A stretch of DNA of 64,000 nt from positions 2,960 to 66,959 of the forward strand of contig CAWKBC010000023.1 in assembly GCA_963847705.1 (NCBI GenBank). The letters run 5' to 3'. The translations under genes were made by a program, and so were the position numbers. Numbering within the stretch: the stretch's first letter is position 1; each line of letters opens with the position of its first letter. This DNA is from an uncultured Pseudomonadota bacterium. GTDB lineage: Bacteria; Myxococcota_A; Polyangia; Fen-1088. The notes beneath the pieces are model-generated. The model ran no database searches, had not been told where the DNA came from, and saw nothing but the letters and a program-made list of their open reading frames with translations. Below, in pieces: positions 36,956 to 47,275 of this stretch.

Positions 36956-37963
36956 TCAGCCTGCGGTTCGCGCGAGCGAGACGTCCGGCTCGGGGCAGGT
37001 GAACGGCACCTCGCATTCGAGCAGCCGCAGATCGTGCGCCAGCAGGATCTCGAGGACGGATTCGAACTTGACCCGAGGCCCCCGCCCGATCGCGCGCTTG
37101 AGCTTGCCGCTGTTGCCCACGATCGGGACCTGCTCGCTGCGACGGACCAGGGTGTTGTCGACCCGAACGTATCTCTCCCAGTCGAGGCCCACCAGAGCAA
37201 ACGCCTTGGTGACCAGCTCACGCACCGTGTGCCCCTCGCCGGTGGCGATGACGAAATCGTCCGGCGCCTGGTGGTCGAGGAGCGCGATCGACAGCGCCGC
37301 GTACTCCGGCGCGTAGCCCCAGTCTCGAACCGTCTCCAGATTTCCGAGCGAGAGGTGATCGGCCTTGCCGGCCACAATTTCGGCCACCCCGCGGGTCACC
37401 TTGCGGAAGACGAATTCGGGGGAGCGCCGCCGCGACTCGTTGGTGAAGAAGACCGCGTTGCTGGCGAACTGCTTGTACTGGGCCCGGTAGGCCCGCACCG
37501 TGTGATAGGCGAACGCCTTGGCGATCCCGTAGGGGTTCAGCGGCCGGATGGGAGCGCCTTCGTCCTGGGGCGAGCTCTCCGCGCCCGCGAACAGCTCGCT
37601 CGAGCCGGCCTGCAGAACCCGACAGTCGGGCACCGCCCGGCGCACGGCCTCCAGGAGGCGAATCACCCCCAGCCCGGTGTACTGCGCCGTCAGGATCGGC
37701 TGCGTCCAGGAGGCCGGGATGAAGCTCTGCGCGCCGAAGTTGAAGATGCGCTCCGGACGCACCTCTTCCAGGATGGAGAGCAGCGAGTACTCGTCGAGCA
37801 GGTCGCCCGTCACCGGCCGATACGGGAGCTCACGGGCATGGCCGCTGCGGCCGATCGTCGATTGCCGGACCAGTCCCCAGACGGAATCGCCACGCTGCGC
37901 GAGCTGTTCGGCGACGTAGTACCCGAGTTGACCCGTGACTCCAGTGACGAGGGCAGTCCCCAT
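36956..37963 (-). CDS. gmd: GDP-mannose 4,6-dehydratase-like SDR
   Basis: The inner ATG gives MGTALVTGVTGQLGYYVAEQL...GDLLDEYSL...NFGAQSFIPASW...QAGSSELFG...PYGIAKAFAYH...NESRRRSPEFVFRKVT...GNLETVRDWGYAPEY. Confidence 0.8.
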   Translation of the reverse strand: MGTALVTGVTGQLGYYVAEQLAQRGDSVWGLVRQSTIGRSGHARELPYRPVTGDLLDEYSLLSILEEVRPERIFNFGAQSFIPASWTQPILTAQYTGLGVIRLLEAVRRAVPDCRVLQAGSSELFAGAESSPQDEGAPIRPLNPYGIAKAFAYHTVRAYRAQYKQFASNAVFFTNESRRRSPEFVFRKVTRGVAEIVAGKADHLSLGNLETVRDWGYAPEYAALSIALLDHQAPDDFVIATGEGHTVRELVTKAFALVGLDWERYVRVDNTLVRRSEQVPIVGNSGKLKRAIGRGPRVKFESVLEILLAHDLRLLECEVPFTCPEPDVSLARTAG

Positions 37964-37973
37964 CCCGCGGACT

Positions 37974-40179
37974 CTAGGTCGTCGCTTTCTGCTGATCCGC
38001 CGGGGCGTTTCCGTACGTGTAACCGTAGCGGTAGTAGTTCCGGTAGTAATACTCGTACCCGTAGGCCGGGTTGGAGAAGTCGATGGCGTTGACCACCACG
38101 CCGAACAGCCGCGCCTTGGCGGTCGCCAGCTGACGGCGCGCGTGCATCGCCGCCTCCCGCGTGGTCTCACCGGCCTTGATGACCAGCACCACCCCGTCGG
38201 CGAGGTTCCCCAGCACGGCCGGATCGGTCACCGCCGAGGTGGGAGGCGAGTCGAGGATGATGCGATCGTAGAGCTTGGCCAGGTCGGCCAGCACGGCGGC
38301 GAACCGCTCGGTGTGCAACAGCTCCGAGGGATTGGGGGGGACGGGGCCGCAGGGGAGGACGTCGAGGTTCGGCACGTCCGTGTGCTTGATGGCCTCGTCC
38401 AGCGTCGCCTTCCCCACGATCACGGTGGAGATCCCGGTCTGGTTGGGCACCCCGAACGAGCGGTGGAGCCGGGGGCGCCGCATGTCGGTGTCGACGATCA
38501 GGACGCGACCGCCCGCCTCGGCCATCGTGACGCCCAGGTTGATCGCGGTGGTGGTCTTCCCCTCCTGGGGGCTCGGGCTGGTCACGACCATCGTCTTCAG
38601 CGGTCGGTCGGGTGACATGAAGAGGATGTTGGTCCGGATGGACCGGCAGCACTCGGCCGCCACCGACTTCGGGTCGAGGAAGACCCCGAGATCGCGCTCG
38701 CGCAGGTTGTCCCCCTGCTGCAGCGCCTCGGCGCCGGGCGACGTGCCGATGACCGGGACCAGGCCCAAGACCGGCGTCCCCAGGAACTGTTCGACGTCCT
38801 GCTGGGTCTTGAGCGTGTTGTCCAGCGCCTCGATGGCGAACGCCAGATCCGATCCCCGTCCCGAGCCCGATCATCAACCCCAGGAGCAGATTCTGCACCG
38901 GCTTCGGCCGCACCGGGATGCTCGGAACGATCGCCCGCTCGAGCACGCGAACGTTGTTCGTCTTCATCGGGCCGGTGATGTCGATCTCCTTCTGGCGGGT
39001 CGCAATGATCCCGTACATCTTGTCTTCCTGCTCGGCCGAGCGCTGGAGCGGCTTGTACTCGACCTCGATCTTCGACAGCTCGATCGCTTCCTTCTTCTGC
39101 TGCTCCATCAGGATCTTGAGCGACCGCTCGTTGTCGAGCAGCTCCTGGTAGCTCTTCTCGAAGGTCGCCAGCACGCCGTCGATCTCTTGCTCGTAGGCGG
39201 ACTTGATCGAGTCCATCTCACCCTGAAGAGACTTCATCTTCGGGTGGCTCGGGCCGTAGCGCGAGGAGATGTCCGCGTACTCCCTGTTCAACTGGATGTA
39301 AGAGTCGCGCAGCTTTTCGATCGTCGACTTCTCGCGAATCTCCGGCAGGTTTGCCTCGTCGGCGATGTTGTCGCGCGCGCGCTCGATCATCTTCCGCTTG
39401 GCGTCCATCTCGAGCAACCTGATGTGCAGGTCGGTGAGCTTGGCGTTCACGCTGGCCAGGTTCTGGCTGAGCATGCTCTGCTTGTCGTCCAGGCTGACCG
39501 CCAGCAGATTGCGATCCTTCTTGTAGCGGTAGAGCTTGAGCTCCGACTCCTCGAGCTGCCGCTTGAGCTCCGACTCTTGCTCGGCCAGCCAGGCCATCGC
39601 CGAGCGTGCCCCTTCCAGCTTGTAGTCGAGGTTGTACTCGATGTACGTGTCCGCGATGGTGTTGGCGATCAGGGCCGCTCGCTGGGGCTTTCGATCTTCG
39701 ACCGTGATGAGCGCCAGGCGAGACTCCTTGAGCGGCTTGACCGCGATCTGCGCCGCAATCGTTCGCCCGAGCGCCGCGAGATCACGGGTGGGTCCGACGA
39801 CGGCGGCGTAGTCCGGGTCGTACTGCAACCCCAGCTTCTCCGCGGCGCGCTGCCCCACGCTGGTCGACTGGATGATCCGGTACTGGGTCTCGTAGAACTC
39901 CTTGTTCGCCCAGAAGGTCCCCGTCCCGAGCTCGACGACGTCCTTCGCCCCGGGCAGGACCTGCGGGGCCATCGGTTCGATGATCACCTGGCAGGTCGAC
40001 TCGTAGACCTTGGGCTGCCGGTAGGTGTAGACGAACGCGATCACCGTCGCCACGATCATCGCCAGGACCACGAAGGGCCAGCGCTTGCGGATCGTCCGCC
40101 AATAGGCGCGGAGATCGATCTTGGAGCCGGCGCTCTCGCCGGCCAATTCGTCGGCTGTAAGATCGGGCGGGGGACTCAC
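37974..40179 (-). pseudogene. wzc: Wzc-like polysaccharide co-polymerase fused to a BY-kinase (PCP-2a type); reading frame broken near 38838-38872
   Basis: Upstream frame: TM1 WPFVVLAMIVATVIAFVYTY, a long coiled-coil periplasmic region, then ...PVQNLLLGLMIGLGTGIG, then nonsense. The +1 frame continues LAFAIEALDNTLKTQQDVEQFLGTPVLGLVPVI...VVTSPSPQEGKTTTAINLG (Walker A) ...LIVDTDMRRP...ILDSPP..., ending in a Tyr-rich tail NPAYGYEYYYRNYYRYGYTYG. Removing one base restores ...GIGLAFAIE.... Confidence 0.85.
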
Positions 40180-40342
40180 GGCGGCACTTTATAGCATCGC
40201 CGTCGGTCTCGCAAACGCCAGGGCCGTCCCGGCTGGCAGGCTCAACCATGGGGCCGGGGGGCGCGTCGAGCGGCGTCCCGGGTGGCGCGCGCGACAAAGT
40301 TTGCCGTCTCTCCGAGGGACGCGATAGACACTGCCTCTTCAC

Positions 40343-41425
40343 GTGGACGTCCTGTTCGACACCTACGCCTTCCGTATGCAACGCGTCGGCGGCATCTCGC
40401 GGTACTTCTCGGAGTTGATTCGGCGCCTCCCTTCTTTCGGAGTCTCGCCTCGGTTGTTCATGCCCCTGGTCGACAACGAGCACGCCGCCCGGGCGGGGCT
40501 CTCCTTCGGCTGGCCGAGCGGAGGTCTGGCCGGTCACCAGATGCTCCGGAGAGCCGCCCACGCCACCCTCAAGCGCACGGATGATCTCCTGCGGTTGGCC
40601 GGCCGCTACGACATTCTCCATCGGACCTACTACGCCGACGCCAGGCCGGTCCGGCGACCGTCAGCCTGCACGATCGTCGACATGATCCCTGATCTCTTCC
40701 CGCAGCTCTTCGCCCAGAACCCGCACCTGGCCAAACGGCGTGTCGTCGAGGCCTCTGATCTCATCCTCTCCATCTCCGAGTGCACCAGCCGCGACATCGT
40801 GGCGGTGTACGGCACCGATCGGACCAAGATCGTGACCACGCCGCTGGGGATCGACCCGGCGGAGTTCATTTCGCCGCCGGACACCAGCAACCCGTTTCGG
40901 CCGCCTTACGTCCTGTTCGTGGGCCAGCGGGCCGGATACAAGAACTTCCAGCGCTTCGTGGCGGCCCTGCAGCCAATCTTGGCCCGACATCCGGCGCTCT
41001 CGCTGGCCGTCGTCGGTGGACCGATGAACGACGCAGAGACCGACCTGCTCGCCAACACCGTCACGCTGGCCCGGGTCCGTCAGGCCAACGTCTCGGACTC
41101 CGCGCTCCCCCGGATCTACCGAGAGGCGGAGCTGTTCGTGTTTCCCTCCGAGTACGAAGGGTTCGGGATCCCCCTGCTCGAGGCGTTCGCCTCCGGATGC
41201 CCCGTGGCGGCCAGCCGCGCCAGCTGTTTCCCGGAGGTGGGCGGAGAGGCGATCGAGTACTTCGATCCCCGCTCCATCGACGAGATGTCGCACGCGCTCG
41301 ATCGCGTCCTGACCTCTTCGTCGCGTGCCTCCGCGCTGCGCGCTCTCGGGGCCGAGCGGGTGAAGCTGTTTCCTTGGACCCGGACGGTCGAGAAGACGGC
41401 CGAGGCCTACCGCCGTCTGACCTGA
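40343..41425 (+). CDS. glycosyltransferase family 4 (GT-B)
   Basis: GTG start. ...YVLFVGQRAGYKNFQRF...LFVFPSEYEGFGIPLLEAFASGCPV. Confidence 0.85.
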   Translation: MDVLFDTYAFRMQRVGGISRYFSELIRRLPSFGVSPRLFMPLVDNEHAARAGLSFGWPSGGLAGHQMLRRAAHATLKRTDDLLRLAGRYDILHRTYYADARPVRRPSACTIVDMIPDLFPQLFAQNPHLAKRRVVEASDLILSISECTSRDIVAVYGTDRTKIVTTPLGIDPAEFISPPDTSNPFRPPYVLFVGQRAGYKNFQRFVAALQPILARHPALSLAVVGGPMNDAETDLLANTVTLARVRQANVSDSALPRIYREAELFVFPSEYEGFGIPLLEAFASGCPVAASRASCFPEVGGEAIEYFDPRSIDEMSHALDRVLTSSSRASALRALGAERVKLFPWTRTVEKTAEAYRRLT

Positions 41426-41434
41426 CCGCGCTTT

Positions 41435-41965
41435 TCACCCGGCGAAGAGCGGATAGCTGCGATCGCGGGCGGCGATCACCACCGGGTCGAGCGGCCAGGC
41501 GATCCCGAAGGCCGGATCGTCGTAGCGCACGCCGCGCGCGGACTCGGGGTGGTGAAACTCCGAGATCTCGTAGTGGACCCGGGTCTCATCGGCCAGCGTG
41601 ATGAACCCGTGCGCGCACCCCTGGGGGATGAAGAGCGCCTCCAGCCCGGCGGCGGTCAGCGTGGCGCCGACCCACTGGCGGTAGGTCGGCGAGCCCGGAC
41701 GCAGATCCACGGCGACGTCGTAGATGGAGCCGCTCAGACAGGAGACGATCTTGTTCTCCTGGTGGGGAGCGATCTGGTAGTGCATCCCGCGCAGCGTCCC
41801 CCGAAGCCGGTTGTACGAGAGGCTGCGCTGGACGACCTTCGGATCCAGCCCCTGGGCCGCCAGCTCGTTCGGGCAGTACAGGCGAGCGAAGAAGCCGCGC
41901 TCGTCCTCGAAGCGCTCCGGCCTGATCAAGAAGGCCCCCTCGATGCCCGTTGCGGTGAAGATCAT
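41435..41965 (-). CDS. rfbC: NDP-4-dehydro-6-deoxyhexose 3,5-epimerase (RmlC/RfbC family, cupin)
   Basis: ...IRPERFEDERGFFARLY...RGMHYQ...ENKIVSCLSGSIYDVAVDLRPGSPTY...LFIPQGCAHGF. Confidence 0.9.
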   Translation of the reverse strand: MIFTATGIEGAFLIRPERFEDERGFFARLYCPNELAAQGLDPKVVQRSLSYNRLRGTLRGMHYQIAPHQENKIVSCLSGSIYDVAVDLRPGSPTYRQWVGATLTAAGLEALFIPQGCAHGFITLADETRVHYEISEFHHPESARGVRYDDPAFGIAWPLDPVVIAARDRSYPLFAG

Positions 41966-41996
41966 GCCGGTCGCCGGACTCTAGACCATCCGGACC

Positions 41997-43229
41997 TCAG
42001 ACGATCCGGACCTCGGGCACCGGGATGATGAACTTCCCGCCCTTGCGGCGGTACTCCGCCTGCTGCTTGAGGATCTCGTCGGCGAAGTTCCAGGTGAGCA
42101 GCAGGGTGAAGTCCGGCATCTGCTCGGCGAGCCGTTCGGGCGGCACGATGGGAATGCCGACCCCCGGCATGAAACGCCCCTGCTTGTAGGTGCTGCGGTC
42201 GGCGACGAAGTCGAGGGTCTCTCGCCCGATCCCGAAGGTGTTGAGGAGGGTGCTCCCCTTGGCCGCCGCCCCGTAGGCGGCGATCCGCCGCCCCTCGGAC
42301 TTGAGCCTGGCCAGGAGCGCGCGCAGGTCGGCCTTCAGATCGAGGACGCGCTGCGCGAACCCGCGGTAGAACGCGGCCGTCTTCATGCCTCGCTTCGTCT
42401 CCTCTTCGAGGAGCGCCGCCACCGACGGGTCGGGGGCGCGAGGGGCCTCGGCGCGGGCCACTTGCAAGAGGAGCGAGCCGCCGTGAATCGCCAGCCGTTC
42501 GACCTGGATCGCCTTGAGCCCGCTCCGGGCGAACAGGTGGTCGAGGGCGGCCAGCGAGAAGTAGCAGAGGTGCTCGTGATAGATCGTGTCGAATTCGCAG
42601 TGGTCGATCATGTCGCCCAGGTAGGGGAACTCCAGGACCGCCACCCCGTCGTCCGACAGAAGCTGGCGGATCCCGGCCACGAACCCTCTCAGATCGGCGA
42701 CGTGCGCCAGCACGTTGTTGGCGTGCAGCACGTCGGCGCGCTTTCCCTCGGCCGCCAGGCGCGCGGCCAGCGGCTGCCCGAAGAACTCGACGACGGTGGG
42801 GATTCCGCGCTCCTCGATCGCCACCCGGGCCACGTTCCGCGCCGGCTCGATGCCCAGCACGGGAACGCCGGCCTGCTTGTAGTACTGCAGGAGATACCCG
42901 TCGTTGCTGGCGATCTCCACCGCCAGCGCGTCGGGGCCGAGCTTGCGGCCGGCGACCAGGCGACCGACCAGCTCGCGGGCGTGGGCCAGCATGGTGTCCG
43001 AGAAGGAGGAGAAGTAGAGGTACTCGCTGAAGAGCTGATCCGGCGGGACCGTCTCGGTGATCTGCACGAGCGCGCAGGCGCCGCAGAACACCAGATCCAG
43101 CGGATAGCGGAGCTCCGCGGCGCCGTCCTGGACGGTCGGCAGCGAGTTCGCCAGCGGCGTCGTTCCGAGGTCGAGGACCAGCTCGAGGTCGGTCGAACCA
43201 CAGGATCGACAGGCCGTCTCTCGGCTCAC
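41997..43229 (-). CDS. NDP-hexose C-methyltransferase-like SAM enzyme (Zn-ribbon N-domain + class I MT + C-terminal domain)
   Basis: GTG start overlaps the upstream TGA (GTGA). [24 protein letters not shown]...[11 protein letters not shown] (CxxC...CxxC), then [14 protein letters not shown]...VLGIEPA. This architecture resembles TylC3-type sugar C-methyltransferases. Confidence 0.8.
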   Translation of the reverse strand: MSRETACRSCGSTDLELVLDLGTTPLANSLPTVQDGAAELRYPLDLVFCGACALVQITETVPPDQLFSEYLYFSSFSDTMLAHARELVGRLVAGRKLGPDALAVEIASNDGYLLQYYKQAGVPVLGIEPARNVARVAIEERGIPTVVEFFGQPLAARLAAEGKRADVLHANNVLAHVADLRGFVAGIRQLLSDDGVAVLEFPYLGDMIDHCEFDTIYHEHLCYFSLAALDHLFARSGLKAIQVERLAIHGGSLLLQVARAEAPRAPDPSVAALLEEETKRGMKTAAFYRGFAQRVLDLKADLRALLARLKSEGRRIAAYGAAAKGSTLLNTFGIGRETLDFVADRSTYKQGRFMPGVGIPIVPPERLAEQMPDFTLLLTWNFADEILKQQAEYRRKGGKFIIPVPEVRIV

Positions 43230-44230
43230 GCCCTGCTCCCGGGTGACTGGAAGAAGTCGCGGTACCAGGCGATCGTCCGCCCCAGCCCCTCGTCCAGGGA
43301 GAACTGCGGCGTCCAGCCGAGGTCCCGTCGGGCGGCGGCCGCCGACAGGTACTGATGGCCGATCTCGTGGGTGGCTTCGTTCTTGATGTCGGCCTCCAGG
43401 CTGGAGCCCATCACCTTGGAGATCTTCTCCACCAGCTCACGGACCGTCACCTGGGTCTCGTTGGAGAAGTTGAAGGCGCGCCCCTTGAGCGAGGGATCCG
43501 CGGCCAGCTTCTCCGCCAGCAGCATGTAGGCGATGGCGCCGTCCTCGACGTAGAAATAGTCGCGGATGTTGCTCCCGTCCGAACGGATCACCGGCCGCTG
43601 GCCTCGCAAGATCGAGCGGATCGTGCCCGGAACGATCCGGTTCCAGTTGAGATCGCCCCCGCCGAAGAAATTTCCGCAGCGGGTGATGACGACCGGCGCG
43701 CCGTAGGTCACGGCGTAGGCCTGCGCGATGAGATCCGCACACGACTTGCTCACGTCGTAGGGGTGCCGCCCCACGAGCGGCGTCTCCTCGGTGTAAGGCA
43801 GCACGCGGCTGTCGCCGTACGCCTTGTCCGAGGAGGCGAGGACGATCTGCTTCACCTTCGGGCTGCGCCGGCAGGCCTCCAGCAGACACCAGGTCCCCGC
43901 GATGTTCGCCTCCAGCGTGGAGACGGGATTGCGATTGGCGATGGTCACGATCGTCTGTGCGGCGAGGTGGATGACGACCTCGATCTCGAACTCCCCCAGG
44001 ATGCGTTCGAGCGTGGCCTGATCCCGGACGTCGCCGCGAACCGACTTCACGCGCTCGATCTGCTTCGAGCGCACCAGCTCACTTTGGGGAACCCAGTCGC
44101 GCACCAGGCAGACCACGTCGGCGCCGGCCTCCACCAGCCGCTTGACCAGCCAGGCACCGACCAGCCCCGTCGCGCCGGTGACCAGCGTCGGGCGATCCAG
44201 CCAGAACCCCTTGGAGGCGGTCACGCCCAT
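43226..44230 (-). CDS. rfbG: CDP-glucose 4,6-dehydratase
   Basis: [24 protein letters not shown]...HLAAQTIV...SSDKAYG...[11 protein letters not shown].... ATG at 44230 overlaps the rfbF TGA by 1 nt; the track GTG at 44239 is the alternative. Confidence 0.85.
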   Translation of the reverse strand: MGVTASKGFWLDRPTLVTGATGLVGAWLVKRLVEAGADVVCLVRDWVPQSELVRSKQIERVKSVRGDVRDQATLERILGEFEIEVVIHLAAQTIVTIANRNPVSTLEANIAGTWCLLEACRRSPKVKQIVLASSDKAYGDSRVLPYTEETPLVGRHPYDVSKSCADLIAQAYAVTYGAPVVITRCGNFFGGGDLNWNRIVPGTIRSILRGQRPVIRSDGSNIRDYFYVEDGAIAYMLLAEKLAADPSLKGRAFNFSNETQVTVRELVEKISKVMGSSLEADIKNEATHEIGHQYLSAAAARRDLGWTPQFSLDEGLGRTIAWYRDFFQSPGSRA

Positions 44231-45015
44231 CACGCCCACACCTTCCAGGGGGCGTGCCCCGACGACCAGAGCTCGTTCAACAGATTGTACTCGCGCAACG
44301 TGTCCATCGGCTGCCAGAACCCCCCATGTTCGTAAGCGCCCAGCTGCCCCTCACGGGCGAGCCGGCGCATCGGCTCCTGTTCGAGCACGGTCTCCGGACC
44401 GGTCGACAGGAACTCCCAGATCCGGCGCGCGTCGAAGACGAAGAAGCCGCCGTTGATGAATCCCCCGCTGGTCTGGGGCTTCTCGTTGAACTCGGAGACC
44501 GCGCCCGCGGTGATCGCCAGCTCGCCGAAGCGCCCCGGGGGGCGCACCGCGGTGATGGTGGCGATCTTTCCGTGGCCCCGATGGAACGACACCAGGGAGC
44601 CGATGTCGACGTTGGCGACACCGTCTCCATAGGTGCACATCACCAGATCGTCATCGTCGACGTAACGTCGAATGGCCGCCAGGCGCCCGCCCGTCATGGT
44701 CGCCTCGCCGGTGTCGGCCAACGTGATTCGCCAGTCTTCATGTAACGAGCCGCCCAAAAATTCAGTGGAGCCGCCCGGTCCCAGCGTAACCCGGAGATCG
44801 GAGCTCATCGACCGATAGTTGAGGAAAAACTCCTTGATCAGCCACCCCTTGTAGCCGAGGCAGAGCACGAAGTCCTTGAACCCATGGTGGGCGTAGCCCT
44901 TCATGATGTGCCAGAGAATCGGCCGGCCTCCGATCGGCAAGAGCGGCTTGGGGAGGTTCTCGTTGGCGTCGCGGATCCGCGTGCCCATCCCGCCGCACAG
45001 AATCACGACTTTCAT
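44230..45015 (-). CDS. rfbF: glucose-1-phosphate cytidylyltransferase
   Basis: The inner ATG gives [57 protein letters not shown]...[12 protein letters not shown]. Confidence 0.9.
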   Translation of the reverse strand: MKVVILCGGMGTRIRDANENLPKPLLPIGGRPILWHIMKGYAHHGFKDFVLCLGYKGWLIKEFFLNYRSMSSDLRVTLGPGGSTEFLGGSLHEDWRITLADTGEATMTGGRLAAIRRYVDDDDLVMCTYGDGVANVDIGSLVSFHRGHGKIATITAVRPPGRFGELAITAGAVSEFNEKPQTSGGFINGGFFVFDARRIWEFLSTGPETVLEQEPMRRLAREGQLGAYEHGGFWQPMDTLREYNLLNELWSSGHAPWKVWA

Positions 45016-45058
45016 AGGGGGAGCCTTATATCTTGCGTCTCGATCCAAGGGAAGATCT

Positions 45059-45094
45059 GGCGCCCCCACGGGCGCCCGTGCCATAAGCGGGCAC
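45059..45094 (+). promoter_or_regulatory. two adjacent GC-rich hairpins in the 84-nt divergent region, ending 5 nt before the ATG at 45100
   Basis: ggcgccc-ccac-gggcgcc (45059-45076) and gtgcc-ataagcg-ggcac (45078-45094). Confidence 0.2.
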
Positions 45095-45099
45095 AGGCG

Positions 45100-46008
45100 A
45101 TGCGGGTGCTCGTCACAGGAGCGGGAGGGTTCATCGGCTCCGAGGTCGTCGGGCAGCTGGTTGGTCTGGGCCACGACGTGCTGGCGGTCGATCGCGAGGC
45201 GGCGCTGGCGAGGCGGGTGGCGGGTTGGCCCTCAGGGGTGTCGACCGCGGCCGCCGATCTGAGCGACGCGGAGCGGGTCCGCTCCTTGCTCGCGGAGGCT
45301 CGACCCGAAGCGATCGTTCACCTCGCCTGGTACGCGAACCCGGTCGACTATCTGGTCTCGCCCGCGAACCTGGCCTCGCTCAGCATGACGACGGCTCTGG
45401 TCGAGGCCGCGCTGGCGCTCGGTTGTCGGAAGATCGTCGCTGCGGGGACCTGCGTCGAGTACGCCAACCGGGATCGCCGCATCAACGAGCAGGACCCGGC
45501 CGGTCCCCAGACGCTCTACGGTGCCTGCAAGCACGCCGCTTGGTTGGTCTGCCGCGCCCTGGCGGCCGCCGCCGGTGGCGAGCTCGCCTGGGGCCGCATC
45601 TTCCACCTGCACGGTCCCGGCGAGGATCCCCGGCGCCTCATCCCCTGGGTGGCGGGCGAGCTCCGTTCGGGAAGACCCGTGGAGCTCACGGACGGAACCC
45701 AGGTCCGCGATCATCTTCATCTCTCCGACGTCGCGTCGGGGCTGATCTCCTTGCTGGCGCCGGGAGCCGCCGGCGCCTACAACGTCTGCTCGGGGGAGCC
45801 GGTCAGCTTGAGGCGCGTGCTGGAGACCGTCGGCGAGCTGGTGGGCGGCCGAGAGTTGCTCCGCTTCGGGGCGCGCCCGCAGCGTCCGGGCGAGATCATG
45901 TTCCTGGCCGGCGACTCCAGCCGCCTGCGAGCGCTCGGCTGGGCGCCCCGGTTCGGCCTCGAGGACGGGCTCGCGGACGCCATTCACGCCGGCCAGCGCA
46001 CTGGCTGA
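45100..46008 (+). CDS. NAD-dependent epimerase/dehydratase-family protein (candidate NDP-4-keto-sugar reductase)
   Basis: MRVLVTGAGGFIGSEVVGQL...YGACKHAAW (YxxxK). Confidence 0.85.
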   Translation: MRVLVTGAGGFIGSEVVGQLVGLGHDVLAVDREAALARRVAGWPSGVSTAAADLSDAERVRSLLAEARPEAIVHLAWYANPVDYLVSPANLASLSMTTALVEAALALGCRKIVAAGTCVEYANRDRRINEQDPAGPQTLYGACKHAAWLVCRALAAAAGGELAWGRIFHLHGPGEDPRRLIPWVAGELRSGRPVELTDGTQVRDHLHLSDVASGLISLLAPGAAGAYNVCSGEPVSLRRVLETVGELVGGRELLRFGARPQRPGEIMFLAGDSSRLRALGWAPRFGLEDGLADAIHAGQRTG

Positions 46009-46015
46009 AGGCCAA

Positions 46016-47275
46016 TCAAGACCGACCGAGCGCCGCGCGGTAGGCCGCGACCGTCTCGGCGCCGCACCGCGACCAGCTGAACAGCGCGGCGCGCGCCCGG
46101 GCACGGGCGGCCAAGGTCCAACGCAGCTCCGCGTCTCGCCAGAGCGTCAGCATCGCCTGGCAGAGCGCGTCGGCGTCGGTGGGCGAGACCATCAGCCCCG
46201 CGTCGCCGACCACTTCCGGCAGTGAGGACGTGTTCGAGGTGATGACGGGAACTCCGCACTGCATCGCTTCCAGCGGCGGCAGGCCGAAGCCCTCGTACAG
46301 CGACGGGTAGACGAACATCAGCGCGCGCGAATAGATGGGCGCCAGATCGCGATCGGGAACGAAGCCGGTGACCGTGACGCGATCGCGGATGTTCCCCAAC
46401 CTGCTCAGCTCCTCGAAGATGGCCTCCATCTTCCAGCCGCGCGTCCCCACCAGCACCAGCCGCATCTCCCCGATCTGTCCCTCCGCGACGAGCCTGGCGT
46501 AACAGCGCACGACCTGGGCGATGTTCTTCCGTGGCTCGAGGGTGCTCAAGGTCAAGGCGTAAGGCTCGTCGGGGAGGCCGTACTTTCGCCGCAGCTCGGG
46601 CCACCGCTCAGGCGCGTCGTCGGGGTGAAAATGCGCCGCGGCCCCCAGATGGGTGACCCGGACCTTGTGGGGATCGAGATCGGGCCGGTGGTTCAAGAGG
46701 TCCGCACGGGTCGCTTCCGAGATGCAGAGAGCCCAGTCGTCGGGCGTGAGCGAGGCCAGCGCCCGCCGGAGACCCTCGACGCCCGACTCGAACAGATCGG
46801 GACGGTGGACCGGAATCAGGTCATAGACGGTGAGGACCCGACGCACACCGGCGGGGACGCTGCTCTGCTCGGGCAGCGCGTGGAAAGGCGAATGGAACAG
46901 CTCGCAGGAGGCCCACTCGCGCCGGTCGACCTCGGGGAGGCGACGCGCCGCCTCCGAAATTGCCCGATACAGCCCCCCACGAACGACCCGCCCCACCCCC
47001 CAGGCCCGCCCGCGCGCATTGGTCAGCCGGTTCTGGGCAGCGTCGAAGAGCACGCGCAGCGGCGAGGGTCGAAACGGAACCTCCCTCAACATCGGCTGCG
47101 CTTGCTGATACGCGCCGCAGGCCGCGGGGGCCGTGGTGGCGCAGAAGCGCAACGAGAGTCGCTGGTGCTGAGCGAGCTGGAGGGCGACGTTTTCGACGAC
47201 CCGGAAGACGCCGGTCCGCGATCTCTCCGAGCGGTGACCGAGGCCCAGAACCGCGATGTCGTAAAGAACGTTCAC
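46016..47275 (-). CDS. glycosyltransferase family 4 (GT-B)
   Basis: GTG at 47275 overlaps the upstream TGA (GTGA). ...[12 protein letters not shown]...[26 protein letters not shown]. Confidence 0.85.
   Translation of the reverse strand: MNVLYDIAVLGLGHRSERSRTGVFRVVENVALQLAQHQRLSLRFCATTAPAACGAYQQAQPMLREVPFRPSPLRVLFDAAQNRLTNARGRAWGVGRVVRGGLYRAISEAARRLPEVDRREWASCELFHSPFHALPEQSSVPAGVRRVLTVYDLIPVHRPDLFESGVEGLRRALASLTPDDWALCISEATRADLLNHRPDLDPHKVRVTHLGAAAHFHPDDAPERWPELRRKYGLPDEPYALTLSTLEPRKNIAQVVRCYARLVAEGQIGEMRLVLVGTRGWKMEAIFEELSRLGNIRDRVTVTGFVPDRDLAPIYSRALMFVYPSLYEGFGLPPLEAMQCGVPVITSNTSSLPEVVGDAGLMVSPTDADALCQAMLTLWRDAELRWTLAARARARAALFSWSRCGAETVAAYRAALGRS

Noticed and set aside
35458-37002. 514-aa ORF taken as an intact WecA-like gene.
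   Set aside because: After about residue 310 the frame loses third-position G/C bias and reads Arg/Ala/Pro-rich nonsense, while the +1 frame carries the expected TM helix. It is treated as a frame break instead.
40180-40342. TTGCCG-N17-ATAGAC as a promoter for the GT4 gene at 40343.
   Set aside because: The -10 match is poor (about 3/6) and there is no supporting feature. Not reported as a feature.
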